From the NCBI GenBank assembly GCA_977020255.1, contig CDROCS010000998.1, forward strand, positions 124,001-188,000: a DNA stretch of 64,000 bases. The letters run 5' to 3'. The notes under the pieces were generated by a model, which worked only from the letters and a program-made list of their open reading frames with translations, had not been told where the DNA came from and searched no databases. A program made the translations under genes and the position numbers. How positions within the stretch are numbered: the first letter of the stretch is position 1; each line of letters starts with the position of its first letter. The stretch comes from Obrimoposthia wandeli. Taxonomy: Eukaryota. This document shows positions 32,484-42,302 of this stretch, piece after piece.

Positions 32484-34424
32484 TCAATTCACTCCTGATA
32501 TGAAGGGAAAGAACAGCACGACAAATAACGCGACAGTGCTACACAAGAGATACACCTTACGGCTATCAAGCCCGTTATCTTCTGCGCTTTGGCTGCTATC
32601 AGTGGTAAGACAAAGACGCGGAAAAACGTAGCGTTCAATCAACGAATGCTGAGGTCGATTGTTATAAATAAAACCAAACATATGGCGCATCGGACGAGTG
32701 ATACCTTCCGCAGAAACGGTCATACGATGTTCGTATTGGTAACCACAGGCCCAAGGGTCGCCTTGCTGACGACGAGCCAAGCGGCGTTGACGGAAGGCAT
32801 ATAGCAAAGTTGCAGGCACCAAAGTCAGTAAGACCAGTGCAATTGCAATGACGGGGGTCGACAGAATCGCCTGATCGGCAGCGACAGGATAAACCGCTAT
32901 CCCATTCGCGACTGAGACTGGCGCGATATGCAAGATTGAAGACGCTATTGCAGAGAAATAAGGGGCAATCCATGGCGAGCCAATACCCAGCACAACACAC
33001 AACACAGCCAGAGCCGATGTTGCAGTGACCATGGCTGGCCCTACTTCACGGGTTTTCGCTGCTTGATCCGTTTTGGGTGCGCCAGCAAAACAGATACCGT
33101 AAACCTTGACGAAACACATGCAGGCCAGTGCACCGGTTAATGCCAGCATTACCATGCCAAAAGGCCCTGCCAGCATATTCACTACGCTACCGGTTTTTCC
33201 GAGGCTAAATAGCGACTGGTAGATAAACCATTCAGAGACAAATCCGTTCAGTGGGGGCAACGCACAAATAGCCAAGGTGCCAATTAAGAACGTAACAGCG
33301 GTTTTTGGCATGGTTTTACCCAAGCCACCCATCTTATCCATATCTTTGGTGTGCATCCGATAGACGATAGAACCGGAACCAAGACACAATAGACCTTTAA
33401 ATACGGCATGGTTCAGTAGGTGGTACAACGCGCCCAGTAAACCCAGCAATGCCAACGTCGGATGATGAGAGGCAATGCCAATCATGCTCACCCCGACACC
33501 AATTAAAATGATGCCAATATTCTCGATCGTGTGATAAGCCAATAAACGCTTAATATCATGCTCAGCGAGGGCATACATAACCCCAAGAACAGACGATAAA
33601 GCACCAAAAATAAGCACCAGAAAGCCCCACCATAACTGGGTTGCCCCCAGAAATAACACGCCAACTTTTAGAATGCCGTAAATACCGATTTTCACCATGA
33701 CGCAAGAGATCAAGGTTGAACAATACGACGGTGCAATCGGGTACGCTTTTGCCAGCCAACCATGAAAACCAATACCGGCCGCTTTTATACCAAAACCGAC
33801 CAAAGCCAATAAAAACACCAGTGATGCGGTGGTGCCAGTAACAGGGTTATGGGTAAACGCACTGAAGCTATAACTATTAGCATGCAGCGATAAAATCAAA
33901 AATGCCGCCATAATCAACACGCTGGCGACATGATCGGCAATAAAATATTGTAAGCCCGCTTTCTTGCTTGCCACGCTACCGTCACTGATAACAATCAGCC
34001 AAGAAGCCAGTGAAATGATCTCCATAAACACGATAAAAATCATTACATTGGCTGACACCACTAAGGCTGTCATCGCGGCAGCAAAAACATTAAACAGAAT
34101 ATTGATTTTCCAGCCGCCTTTACCTAAATACTCTTTGAGGTAATTGATGGAATAGACAGAAGCGGCCATGGTCACAACAGATATCACCACTACCATCAAG
34201 GCAGACAGCATGTCCATGTTAACAATACGACCAACCTCATCGGTCAAGTCATACCCGCAAACAATGGTGGTTAAGCCTGCAAGCACGCCAAATAACCCGC
34301 CAAAGGCACTGATCACCCCTGCAATACGCAAGCTTTCTTGTTCTTGCTTGCGCCCCACCAACGATACTAGCGCGGCAATGCCATAACAAATTAAGGCAAA
34401 TAGAACTAAAACTAATGGATTCAT
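32484..34424 (-). CDS. hycC: Formate hydrogenlyase membrane subunit HycC/HyfB
   Basis: Antiporter-like (NuoL/MrpA) protein; HDIKRLLAYHTIENIG, PPLNGFVSEW. Confidence 0.93.
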   Translation of the reverse strand: MNPLVLVLFALICYGIAALVSLVGRKQEQESLRIAGVISAFGGLFGVLAGLTTIVCGYDLTDEVGRIVNMDMLSALMVVVISVVTMAASVYSINYLKEYLGKGGWKINILFNVFAAAMTALVVSANVMIFIVFMEIISLASWLIVISDGSVASKKAGLQYFIADHVASVLIMAAFLILSLHANSYSFSAFTHNPVTGTTASLVFLLALVGFGIKAAGIGFHGWLAKAYPIAPSYCSTLISCVMVKIGIYGILKVGVLFLGATQLWWGFLVLIFGALSSVLGVMYALAEHDIKRLLAYHTIENIGIILIGVGVSMIGIASHHPTLALLGLLGALYHLLNHAVFKGLLCLGSGSIVYRMHTKDMDKMGGLGKTMPKTAVTFLIGTLAICALPPLNGFVSEWFIYQSLFSLGKTGSVVNMLAGPFGMVMLALTGALACMCFVKVYGICFAGAPKTDQAAKTREVGPAMVTATSALAVLCVVLGIGSPWIAPYFSAIASSILHIAPVSVANGIAVYPVAADQAILSTPVIAIALVLLTLVPATLLYAFRQRRLARRQQGDPWACGYQYEHRMTVSAEGITRPMRHMFGFIYNNRPQHSLIERYVFPRLCLTTDSSQSAEDNGLDSRKVYLLCSTVALFVVLFFPFISGVN

Positions 34425-35035
34425 TGTGTTACTACTCCACATTTAACTAATGCAGAACTTTCTGCGGCACATTGGCGTTTCACTCGACGTGCTTTGGTCA
34501 TACTCGCTTCATCGACCAATACCAGCGCTTGAGTCGGGCAGACATCAATACAGGCCGGACCGCCTTCACGAAAACCACACAAATCACATTTCACGGCAAT
34601 ACTTTTCACCCCAGGTTCCCAAGCCAGAATGTCTTGGCCGAACGTACTGGGCAGCGAAGTTGATGGATTACTGGATCGAGTGGTAGAAGGGATAAACGTA
34701 TCGTAGCTATTTGCCATTGCCACAGGACGGCTACCATCAAAGGCAATCGCACCAAACGGGCAGGCCACGGCACACAGCGTACAGCCGATACACAGGGTCT
34801 CGTTAAGTAAAACCCGATCGCCTTCTTTGGTGATAGCCTGAACAGGACACACCTTAGCGCAGGGGGCATCTTCACAATGACGACACATAACAGGTGCTGT
34901 CGAATTTTCATGCTTGATCACCGTCAATCGGGGATGGCTTTGCAGACCTTCTTTTTTATGTACCGTTGAACACGCTGCCATACAGGTGCCACAACCAATA
35001 CACTTCATAGGATCTGCAATTACAAAGCTTTTCAT
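34421..35035 (-). CDS. hycB: Formate hydrogenlyase Fe-S subunit HycB/HyfA
   Basis: IADPMKCIGCGTCMAAC, CRHCEDAPCAKVCP, CIGCTLCAVACP, KCDLC; ATG 35035 follows AGGA. Confidence 0.93.
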   Translation of the reverse strand: MKSFVIADPMKCIGCGTCMAACSTVHKKEGLQSHPRLTVIKHENSTAPVMCRHCEDAPCAKVCPVQAITKEGDRVLLNETLCIGCTLCAVACPFGAIAFDGSRPVAMANSYDTFIPSTTRSSNPSTSLPSTFGQDILAWEPGVKSIAVKCDLCGFREGGPACIDVCPTQALVLVDEASMTKARRVKRQCAAESSALVKCGVVTQ

Positions 35036-35068
35036 GACATTCCTAGTCAATTGCTAAAGCCTTTAGAT

Positions 35069-35084
35069 AGCAATTACTATGCCA
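35069..35084 (-). promoter_or_regulatory. Sigma54 (-24/-12) promoter of the hyc operon
   Basis: TGGCAT-AGTAA-TTGCT on the minus strand. Confidence 0.85.
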
Positions 35085-35157
35085 GCTATAAATATTAAAT
35101 TTAATTAATAACAATCAATGAGTTAAACTTATTATCTATTTATATAGCGTGCCTCAC

Positions 35158-35215
35158 TTCGACAACTAACTGTCATCGACAGTCGATGTCGACAATAGTG
35201 TCGAATGACAGCGAC
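35158..35215. promoter_or_regulatory. Putative FhlA upstream activator sequence of the hyc operon
   Basis: Inverted pair TGTCATCGACA (35171) and TGTCGAATGACA (35199) around a central GTCGAC. Confidence 0.65.
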
Positions 35216-35258
35216 TCTCCAACCAATTTCTGTTGAGCATAGTATTCCCCGCAACAAA

Positions 35259-35293
35259 AAAGGCGGTAGACACGTCATGTGCCTACCGCCTTT
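35259..35293 (-). terminator. Rho-independent terminator after selB
   Basis: AAAGGCGGTAG...CTACCGCCTTT stem with a minus-strand U tract. Confidence 0.75.
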
Positions 35294-35361
35294 CTCAACA
35301 TTGTTTTCCTGACCTTTTCTCAGTCATTTTTCCCGATATTTTTTATCGGTCTTGCTTCCGC

Positions 35362-37212
35362 TTATGCAGTTACAGATTGCCAAGTGCGGAGAATGATCCG
35401 CTCGTCGCCGTCACGCCTCACCCAACCATCTTTTTCCATTCGATTGGCGAGTGGTATCGCGTATTTTCGACTCAACCCAGCACGCACTTTAATATCACTC
35501 ATCGTGATACGATCCAGTGCCTGATGATCTGCAATCACCGCTTGGATTATGCCTTGGTACAGAGCCATATCATAGTAAATCGTTTCATCCAGCGCAGTAA
35601 TATACTTGTAGTGTGCCAGCTGACGCAGCCATTTTTTTCCGCCTGCCACCGACACCTTACTCAGCTCTAGACCTGCCTTACCTAATTCTCTAATTTGCTC
35701 TAGCAATGCCAACACTTCGACAGGCAGATCGTCCTCATTGTCACCTTGGCCGAGACACCACTTACCTTGGCTCAAGTGCACTTTATCTTGTTGCTTTATC
35801 GCCTGAACAATCACCGATAACACCGCATCGCCCAACCGTAGTCGGCTGCCAATTTCGCCGATACCCATGGCGCCCTCTTCAGCCAGCATGGTAAGTAGAG
35901 TGTGCTCGGTATCTGCCAACCATTCAGGTTGAAACATAAATGGGGCAAGATAAGTGCCCTGATATTCCTTGATCATACCGACCTTACTGGTATCAAAATA
36001 CCCCTGCAGATTAAGCAGAAGCTGGAATTTTAACGCCGGTGTCAACACCGCAGGCAATTGGCCTAATTCATCATAGATTCGTCGTTTCTGTCCAGATGGA
36101 ATAAAGTCGCACCATACTACCTCGCCGCCATGCAGTAGGCGGCTCCCCCCTTGAAGAATAATCGCAACACGTTGGGCAAACTGAAGTGGCAACGGCTGCT
36201 TAAAGACCAGCCGCGCCAATTGGGTATCGGGGATATAACAAAGCTTGGCAACACCGTGCCACGTACCGATGGCCACCTCGACCTCACGTTGACGCCTAAC
36301 TGGCAACATCGCCTTGGTTTGACTGATACGCACCACGCAGTGTTCGGCCAGCGGGATCACAGATTCACTGCTGGTTAAAAGGTGACCTCGCCCGACTTCT
36401 TTGCGGGTCAGTCCTTTGATATTGACGGCAATCCGACACGTTCCTGAAACAGAATCCAACTGCTGATGATAAGCCTGAATCGAACGGACAGTCCCAACTT
36501 TTCCTTGGGGATAGCAACGCACCTTATCGCCTATACGTAAACAACCTTGTGCCAAGGTGCCTGTCACAACCGTCCCGATCCCATTGACAACAAAGGCACG
36601 ATCAACATATAGCAACGGCGGATTCGCATCAGCAGACTGCTCAGATTCTGGTTCGCTAGGCTCTGATACCTTGCATGTCCGTGCAACAGTCTCGATAACT
36701 AACTGCCGTAACGCAGGAATATTATCTTGATGCAGCGCCGATACCGAGATTAATTCCGGCACCAGATCCGTCATCTCCATCACATTTTCTAACGCTTGCT
36801 CTTCAATCTCAGCCAATCGCTCAGGAGAAACCTTATCTCGCTTGTTTATGCACAGGATAATTTCTTCTACCCCCATCGCACGGGCAACCTGAACATGAGA
36901 AGTCGTCATCGGCATCCAACCTTCATCGGCCGCCACCACCAGAATCAACGCATTAAGATGCCATACCCCTGCAACCATATTACGCAAATACCGTTCATGC
37001 CCCGGCACGTCGATAACGCCAATCGTATTGCCATGATCATCTTGAAAATGAGCAAAACCCAAATCTTGGGTCATCCCCAATGTTTGTTCATGAGGCCGAG
37101 CAGTAACTATACCTGTCAGCGCTTCAATCAATGCGGTCTTTCCATGGTCAACATGACCCGATAACCCAATGACAGCCTGATAGGCAGGCACTACATTTTT
37201 TGCGTGTATCAT
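35362..37212 (-). CDS. selB: Selenocysteine-specific elongation factor SelB (divergent)
   Basis: GHVDHGKT, DVPGHERYLRNM, NKRD, C-terminal winged helix GLSRKYAIPL. Confidence 0.95.
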   Translation of the reverse strand: MIHAKNVVPAYQAVIGLSGHVDHGKTALIEALTGIVTARPHEQTLGMTQDLGFAHFQDDHGNTIGVIDVPGHERYLRNMVAGVWHLNALILVVAADEGWMPMTTSHVQVARAMGVEEIILCINKRDKVSPERLAEIEEQALENVMEMTDLVPELISVSALHQDNIPALRQLVIETVARTCKVSEPSEPESEQSADANPPLLYVDRAFVVNGIGTVVTGTLAQGCLRIGDKVRCYPQGKVGTVRSIQAYHQQLDSVSGTCRIAVNIKGLTRKEVGRGHLLTSSESVIPLAEHCVVRISQTKAMLPVRRQREVEVAIGTWHGVAKLCYIPDTQLARLVFKQPLPLQFAQRVAIILQGGSRLLHGGEVVWCDFIPSGQKRRIYDELGQLPAVLTPALKFQLLLNLQGYFDTSKVGMIKEYQGTYLAPFMFQPEWLADTEHTLLTMLAEEGAMGIGEIGSRLRLGDAVLSVIVQAIKQQDKVHLSQGKWCLGQGDNEDDLPVEVLALLEQIRELGKAGLELSKVSVAGGKKWLRQLAHYKYITALDETIYYDMALYQGIIQAVIADHQALDRITMSDIKVRAGLSRKYAIPLANRMEKDGWVRRDGDERIILRTWQSVTA

Positions 37213-37219
37213 CGTGCAC

Positions 37220-38590
37220 TCAACCTATTGACAGAAAACGTTGCAGGTAGTGTTCTATTTGCGCTTCAAAGCGAGGGAGATCATCATCAAGTAACGTCGA
37301 CAAATTCAACATCAACCTATCAGCATGCAAATAAGCAATAATCGGAGTCGGCATCGTCCGAAGGGCATCGAGATGTTGTTGCGCCTTGCCCGGAAGAGAC
37401 AAAGCCAGGCCGAAGCAAGCATAGGTTTCAGAAGGAATAGATCCCCCCCCTACCTGCATCTCCATCGAAACAGTCTCGGCATATGGTGACCATTTTACTG
37501 TTAGACGATCAGCCAAAATACGAGTATGTTGGCAACGACGGAGAGTATGTTGTGCGACACCGTCACCAGAAGGATCTTGATTGAGTTTTTTGATCAGTAA
37601 CTCTTCCAGCAGCGCCAGAACAATACGCCCAGATCGGAATGCCCGCATCATCGGACTTTTCGCCAGTATTTTAGTTAAGTCCTGACGCCCAGCAATTATT
37701 CCGGCTTGTGGGCCACCGAGGATCTTATCGCCAGAGAAACACACCAGATCAGCCCCCATTTGCAAATATCGGGAAAGCGACGTTTCGCTATTGGCGTATT
37801 TTTCTGATGATAAGCCCGACCCTTGATCAACCACCAACTGAACATGTTCAGGCAAGCGCTTGGCCACATCCTGAATATCCGGTGACTCAGTAAATCCTTG
37901 AATCGAAAAGTTGGACTGGTGCACCATTAATACCATCGCGGTATTATCGGTGAGCGCATTGATATAATCATCGCTAGTGGTGATATTGGTGGTGCCTACC
38001 TCAACCAGTTTGCAGCCAGACAATGCCAGAATATCGGGAATACGAAAACCTCCGCCAATCTGTATTTGCTCACCACGAGAGACAATCACTTCTTTGCCTG
38101 CAGCCAGCGCATGCAAAATTAAATAAAGAGAAGCTGCGTTATTGTTGACGATGACACAGTCTTCAGCACCAAGCCATGCATTAACTAATGTTGGTAACAA
38201 ACCATTACGGCCACCACGCTTACCAGTAGCAAGTTCTAACTCGAGGTTACTATAACCAGTACTCACCTCACGTACGCTATCCCATAGCTCCGTTGCAATT
38301 GGCGAGCGACCTAAATTGGTATGTACTGCAATGCCGGTAGCATTAAGTACTCTCACTTGGCGCTTACCCTGCTGAACCTCACAGACTTTTATCACCACTG
38401 CGAGCACATCAACGCCTTCAACACCTTGCACTTGAAATCGCTCAGACTGGCGAATAAGGGCAAACTGAGAACGAATAATGTCAGTCACAACTGGTCGGCT
38501 CAAGGCCCGAATATATGTCTGTAAAGAAGGATGTTGCAGAAGTTGTTCGACTTGAGGGAGACGATAATTAATTGCAGTTTTGACAGCCAT
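37220..38590 (-). CDS. selA: L-seryl-tRNA(Sec) selenium transferase SelA
   Basis: NATGIAVHTNLGR, VNNNAA, SRGEQIQIGGGFRIPD, PLP lysine in FSGDKILGGPQAG. Confidence 0.96.
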   Translation of the reverse strand: MAVKTAINYRLPQVEQLLQHPSLQTYIRALSRPVVTDIIRSQFALIRQSERFQVQGVEGVDVLAVVIKVCEVQQGKRQVRVLNATGIAVHTNLGRSPIATELWDSVREVSTGYSNLELELATGKRGGRNGLLPTLVNAWLGAEDCVIVNNNAASLYLILHALAAGKEVIVSRGEQIQIGGGFRIPDILALSGCKLVEVGTTNITTSDDYINALTDNTAMVLMVHQSNFSIQGFTESPDIQDVAKRLPEHVQLVVDQGSGLSSEKYANSETSLSRYLQMGADLVCFSGDKILGGPQAGIIAGRQDLTKILAKSPMMRAFRSGRIVLALLEELLIKKLNQDPSGDGVAQHTLRRCQHTRILADRLTVKWSPYAETVSMEMQVGGGSIPSETYACFGLALSLPGKAQQHLDALRTMPTPIIAYLHADRLMLNLSTLLDDDLPRFEAQIEHYLQRFLSIG

Positions 38591-38683
38591 TGGCGCATTC
38601 CTTGAACTGATTCAGACATAACAATGACTATGCTTTTATTTCAAACATAGTTTGTACTGAAGGAGCCATTTAAGCGCTTGAAA

Positions 38684-38775
38684 TGGCGGAAGAGGCAGGA
38701 ATTGAACCTGCCAGAGCCTATTCAGCTCACATCGGTTTTGAAGACCGAGAAGGCCACCAGACCTCATCTCATTCC
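38684..38775 (-). tRNA. selC: tRNA-Sec (anticodon UCA), 92 nt, bulged acceptor stem
   Basis: GGAAUGAG-AU-GAGGUC/UGGU/GGCCUU (6-bp D stem)-C-UCGGU/CUUCAAA/ACCGA-long variable arm-GCAGG/UUCAAUU/CCUGC-CUCUUCC-G-CCA. Confidence 0.96.
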
Positions 38776-38815
38776 GAAACTGCGTGCATACTATGCGAAG
38801 GGAGTGAATATTTTA

Positions 38816-38829
38816 TTGATCTACGTCAT
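38816..38829 (-). promoter_or_regulatory. Putative FNR box of the selC-selA-selB promoter
   Basis: TTGAT-CTAC-GTCAT, centred 41.5 bp upstream of a predicted start (about 38781) that follows a TAGTAT -10 at 38788-38793. Confidence 0.5.
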
Positions 38830-39374
38830 TTATCATACAAATCTCCGCGAATTAATTATCATCAATAACTGAGCCGAAACGGCTTGGAGTATAGAATTAT
38901 GTCTGTATTTCTAATGAAAATAAGCAAAGCCGTTTGCGACACGACCCATATCTATTTCTATTAAATAGACATCCCAGTTCAGCTGTCGCCCAAACGTATA
39001 CTGTTGAAAAGTAACATTCCCTGAATGAATAGCACAAAATGAAACATTGATCGCTCTTATGTAACACGTTCACCTTTACACATTTCTGCTTATACTTTAC
39101 TTTCCTTTGGTGCTTATATTTTATTATATTTCATCCTTCTCTACATTAATAGTAAGAGCGATGAGTTCTGTCTTTTAATTATTTATTGATGATTTAGTAA
39201 ATAGATTAATTATTTTTTGCACTCTTTTAGATTGGCGCCATAAATAAGGACTTTATCAATAAGTTCTTATTAAAAATAATAATACCATCAACACACCCTT
39301 TATAAGGGTAATAGTTTTATCAATACATTCCTATTAAGAATAATAATAATTTTTTGTAATAATATGGAGATATT

Positions 39375-42239
39375 ATGAAGTTAAATCAGGCTAGGCTTCT
39401 ATTAACCCTCGCGATCCTTTCACCTTCGGTTTTGGCTGCTACTCATACGCTAGAGCATACAGATGCATCGGTATTTGATAAGCAAGTTATTCAATTCGCC
39501 CCACCAGTGGATACTCGCTCGGACAAAAAAGATGGAGAAACGAGCAACTACATTTCAATGCTTAAGAAACAAGGCCACAGCGCCTTGTTTGAAGCGAAGT
39601 TAACCGAGTTAACGTTGGCTAAAGTCAAAATGGCAGACGGCAATATCTATAATCGCATCATGCTGCCAGATGGTGCAGCACCTAGCGAACCGGGAAAACC
39701 AAATTTAACCGGTTATCGTCAACTGGTTCGTATTCCTGATGGCGTAGATCTTGAGCTAATGATTGAAAGTGTCGAGTGGTCAAAAACCTATACCGATATG
39801 GTGATTGATCCTGTGCAGCTACCATTTCCCGACGTAGTCGAAGAAGATGGCAACCGTCCCGATCAGCATATGCCATTTGTAAAAGATGATGCAGCCTATA
39901 ACGCTTTAACAGAGAGTGAGGTGCCACTGATTTCTGTCGTTGAAACGGTGCGTGTTCGTGGTAAGAGTTACGCCGTGATTTCGTATCGCCCTATAGATTT
40001 TAATTCAATAGAAGGAACGGTACGTTTCGCACAGAAAGTACGTTTTAAAATTAATTATATTTTGTCTGATGCATCAGAGCCAAAGCGTGAAGATAAACTT
40101 GAATTTGATACGAAAAAAAAAGCAGTGATTGACTTACGTGATGAGCAAGTTGAACCAAAGCAAAAAATAGACAACGTACCATCGCAAGGAAATAAAGCTG
40201 ATCTGACACCTGCTCAAAAAGCTGATTACTTGATCATTACTGCAGACCGATTTCAACAAACGATAGAACCACTTGCGGCGTGGAAGCGTAAGAAGGGTTA
40301 TCAAGTGCACGTCGCGACAATAACAGAGGTAGGTAGCACTCAGGCACAAATAAAGGCTTATATTAAAGATGCCTATAGCAAGGGTACTATGACCTCATAT
40401 GTACTTTTGGTAGGCGATCATGAAGATATCCCAGGTTATGAAATTGTCGGTCACCCTTACCACGGTAAAGATCACCGCTGGCATACCGATTACGAATATG
40501 CACTTGTTGACGGTGATGATAAATACGCCGATGTAGTGATAGGACGTTTGCCGGGGGATACTGAAGCTCAAATTACCACGATGGTTAACCGCAGCTTAAA
40601 CTACGAGCAGAACCCGACGGATTCAGATCGTTACAAACATGTCCTTCTTGCCGGACAGTATCAAGATCGCGACGCCAATCAGGTAGCCGATCGCATGTTT
40701 ATGGAAGATTTGCATCGCGCTGCCGATTTCTTAGGTCCTGACTACGACTTTTTCTCTGGTTTAGGTGACAGGTTCAATAAAGGTTATAGCGTCCATACTG
40801 CGTTGCAATGGGATGCTGATTTAACCAAAGAGCTGAAATATGGCGGCTGGAACTACGGCAGTGCCCGTGTGAATCCTCCAAGTTCAGTACCACAAGTGTG
40901 GAAAGATCAAGGTAATGGCGACCGAGTTCAGATTGCTGATGCGATTAACCAGGGCGTAGGCTTTGTTATGCACCGTGACCATGGTTATGGCAATGGTTCA
41001 GGTTGGGCTGATCCGCATTACACCGCAACAGAAGTGAATGCGTTAACCAATGGCAATATGGCTCCGTTTGTATTTAGCTTGAACTGCGCTACAGGTTGGT
41101 TTGACGGAAAAGATTCATTTGCTGAGTCTTGGATGCGCAATGCCAATGGTGGTGCCGTTGGGTTTACAGGCGCAGTACGAGTAAGCTACTCCGGTTATAA
41201 CGATCTGATGCATGCCGCTATTTTAGACAGCCTTTGGGATGACTATGACGGTGCGTGGTCTAGCGCTGTTTATCCTGTCTCTTGGCGTCCTGCAATGGCG
41301 TTGAACCGCGCCAAAGATCGTTTGTTTGGCCATTATGGTGCTGAAGATAGCCACGCAATTTTAACCGCTCGCTTCTTTAGCTGGTTTGGTGATCCGGAAC
41401 TTGAACTAAGAACTGAAAGACCAAACGAATTAACAGTGACTTATCCATCACAGTTAACCAAAGGTTCACAAGCCAAGTTTGATGTTGTTGTTCGTGAGGG
41501 GGAGCGACGCTTAGCGAAAGCTCGGGTTGCGTTGGTTTCTGCATCTGGTGAAGCGCATGTTGTAACAACCGATCAAAATGGTGTGGCGCAATTTGATGTA
41601 CCTGTTGAAGGAAACATGAGCCTAACGGTTACCGAGCACAATGCCAAAGCGTATCAAGGTCAAATACACGTTGAGGGCGATGCGCCACAGGCACGAGTAA
41701 TCGAAAATATCACCGCGCAAGCTTATCAATGGGTAGCGTTGGATGGCACTAAGTCTGTTGTGCCAGAAGGAAACCAAGTAACTTATTTGTGGCAACAAGT
41801 TGCGGGGCCAAAAGTCCGTATCGATTATGCTGATAGTCGTTTTGCTTATGCGATCACGCCTAATTACAGTTCTGTGCTGAAATTTAAGCTGACCATTACC
41901 GACCAAACTGGGGCTTCTGACTCAGCAATCCAGACGATAACAGTAAAAGGCGTAGAAGACAGCAACAAAGCACCTATTGCCGTAGCTAAAGATGCGATGA
42001 GTGGAACCAATCAATGGACCGCATTAGATGGTACTCAATCATCAGATCCTGACGGTAAAATAGTCAGCTACCATTGGAGTCAGGTTAGTGGACCAAAAAC
42101 TGAGATTGCCTATCCAGATAGCAAATATGCATACACCTTTACACCAAATGCTGAAAACACACTGACGTTTAAGCTAACGGTAACCGATAACGAGGGTAAA
42201 ACCTCTTCTTCGATGGCTAAAGTTATGGTGAAAAGTTAG
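39375..42239 (+). CDS. Secreted C25 (gingipain-like) cysteine peptidase with propeptide and two C-terminal PKD-like domains
   Basis: Signal peptide; YLIITAD, YVLLVGD, IGRLPG; catalytic HG (RDHGYG) and Cys (SLNCATG); FGDPEL; ALDGTQSSDPDGKIVSYHWSQVSGP repeats. Confidence 0.85.
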   Translation: MKLNQARLLLTLAILSPSVLAATHTLEHTDASVFDKQVIQFAPPVDTRSDKKDGETSNYISMLKKQGHSALFEAKLTELTLAKVKMADGNIYNRIMLPDGAAPSEPGKPNLTGYRQLVRIPDGVDLELMIESVEWSKTYTDMVIDPVQLPFPDVVEEDGNRPDQHMPFVKDDAAYNALTESEVPLISVVETVRVRGKSYAVISYRPIDFNSIEGTVRFAQKVRFKINYILSDASEPKREDKLEFDTKKKAVIDLRDEQVEPKQKIDNVPSQGNKADLTPAQKADYLIITADRFQQTIEPLAAWKRKKGYQVHVATITEVGSTQAQIKAYIKDAYSKGTMTSYVLLVGDHEDIPGYEIVGHPYHGKDHRWHTDYEYALVDGDDKYADVVIGRLPGDTEAQITTMVNRSLNYEQNPTDSDRYKHVLLAGQYQDRDANQVADRMFMEDLHRAADFLGPDYDFFSGLGDRFNKGYSVHTALQWDADLTKELKYGGWNYGSARVNPPSSVPQVWKDQGNGDRVQIADAINQGVGFVMHRDHGYGNGSGWADPHYTATEVNALTNGNMAPFVFSLNCATGWFDGKDSFAESWMRNANGGAVGFTGAVRVSYSGYNDLMHAAILDSLWDDYDGAWSSAVYPVSWRPAMALNRAKDRLFGHYGAEDSHAILTARFFSWFGDPELELRTERPNELTVTYPSQLTKGSQAKFDVVVREGERRLAKARVALVSASGEAHVVTTDQNGVAQFDVPVEGNMSLTVTEHNAKAYQGQIHVEGDAPQARVIENITAQAYQWVALDGTKSVVPEGNQVTYLWQQVAGPKVRIDYADSRFAYAITPNYSSVLKFKLTITDQTGASDSAIQTITVKGVEDSNKAPIAVAKDAMSGTNQWTALDGTQSSDPDGKIVSYHWSQVSGPKTEIAYPDSKYAYTFTPNAENTLTFKLTVTDNEGKTSSSMAKVMVKS

Positions 42240-42272
42240 TCAATTAAACTCTAAAAATTGAGTGCATAAATT

Positions 42273-42302
42273 AAAGGTGCTTTATTAATTAAAGCGCCTT
42301 TC
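42273..42302 (+). terminator. Terminator after C25 peptidase
   Basis: AAAGGTGCTTT-N7-AAAGCGCCTTT. Confidence 0.55.

Noticed and set aside
14578-38872. Numerous short plus-strand ORFs across the hyp/hyc/sel cluster, including 38683-38868 over selC
   Set aside because: Antisense shadows of well-supported genes with no motifs or RBS.
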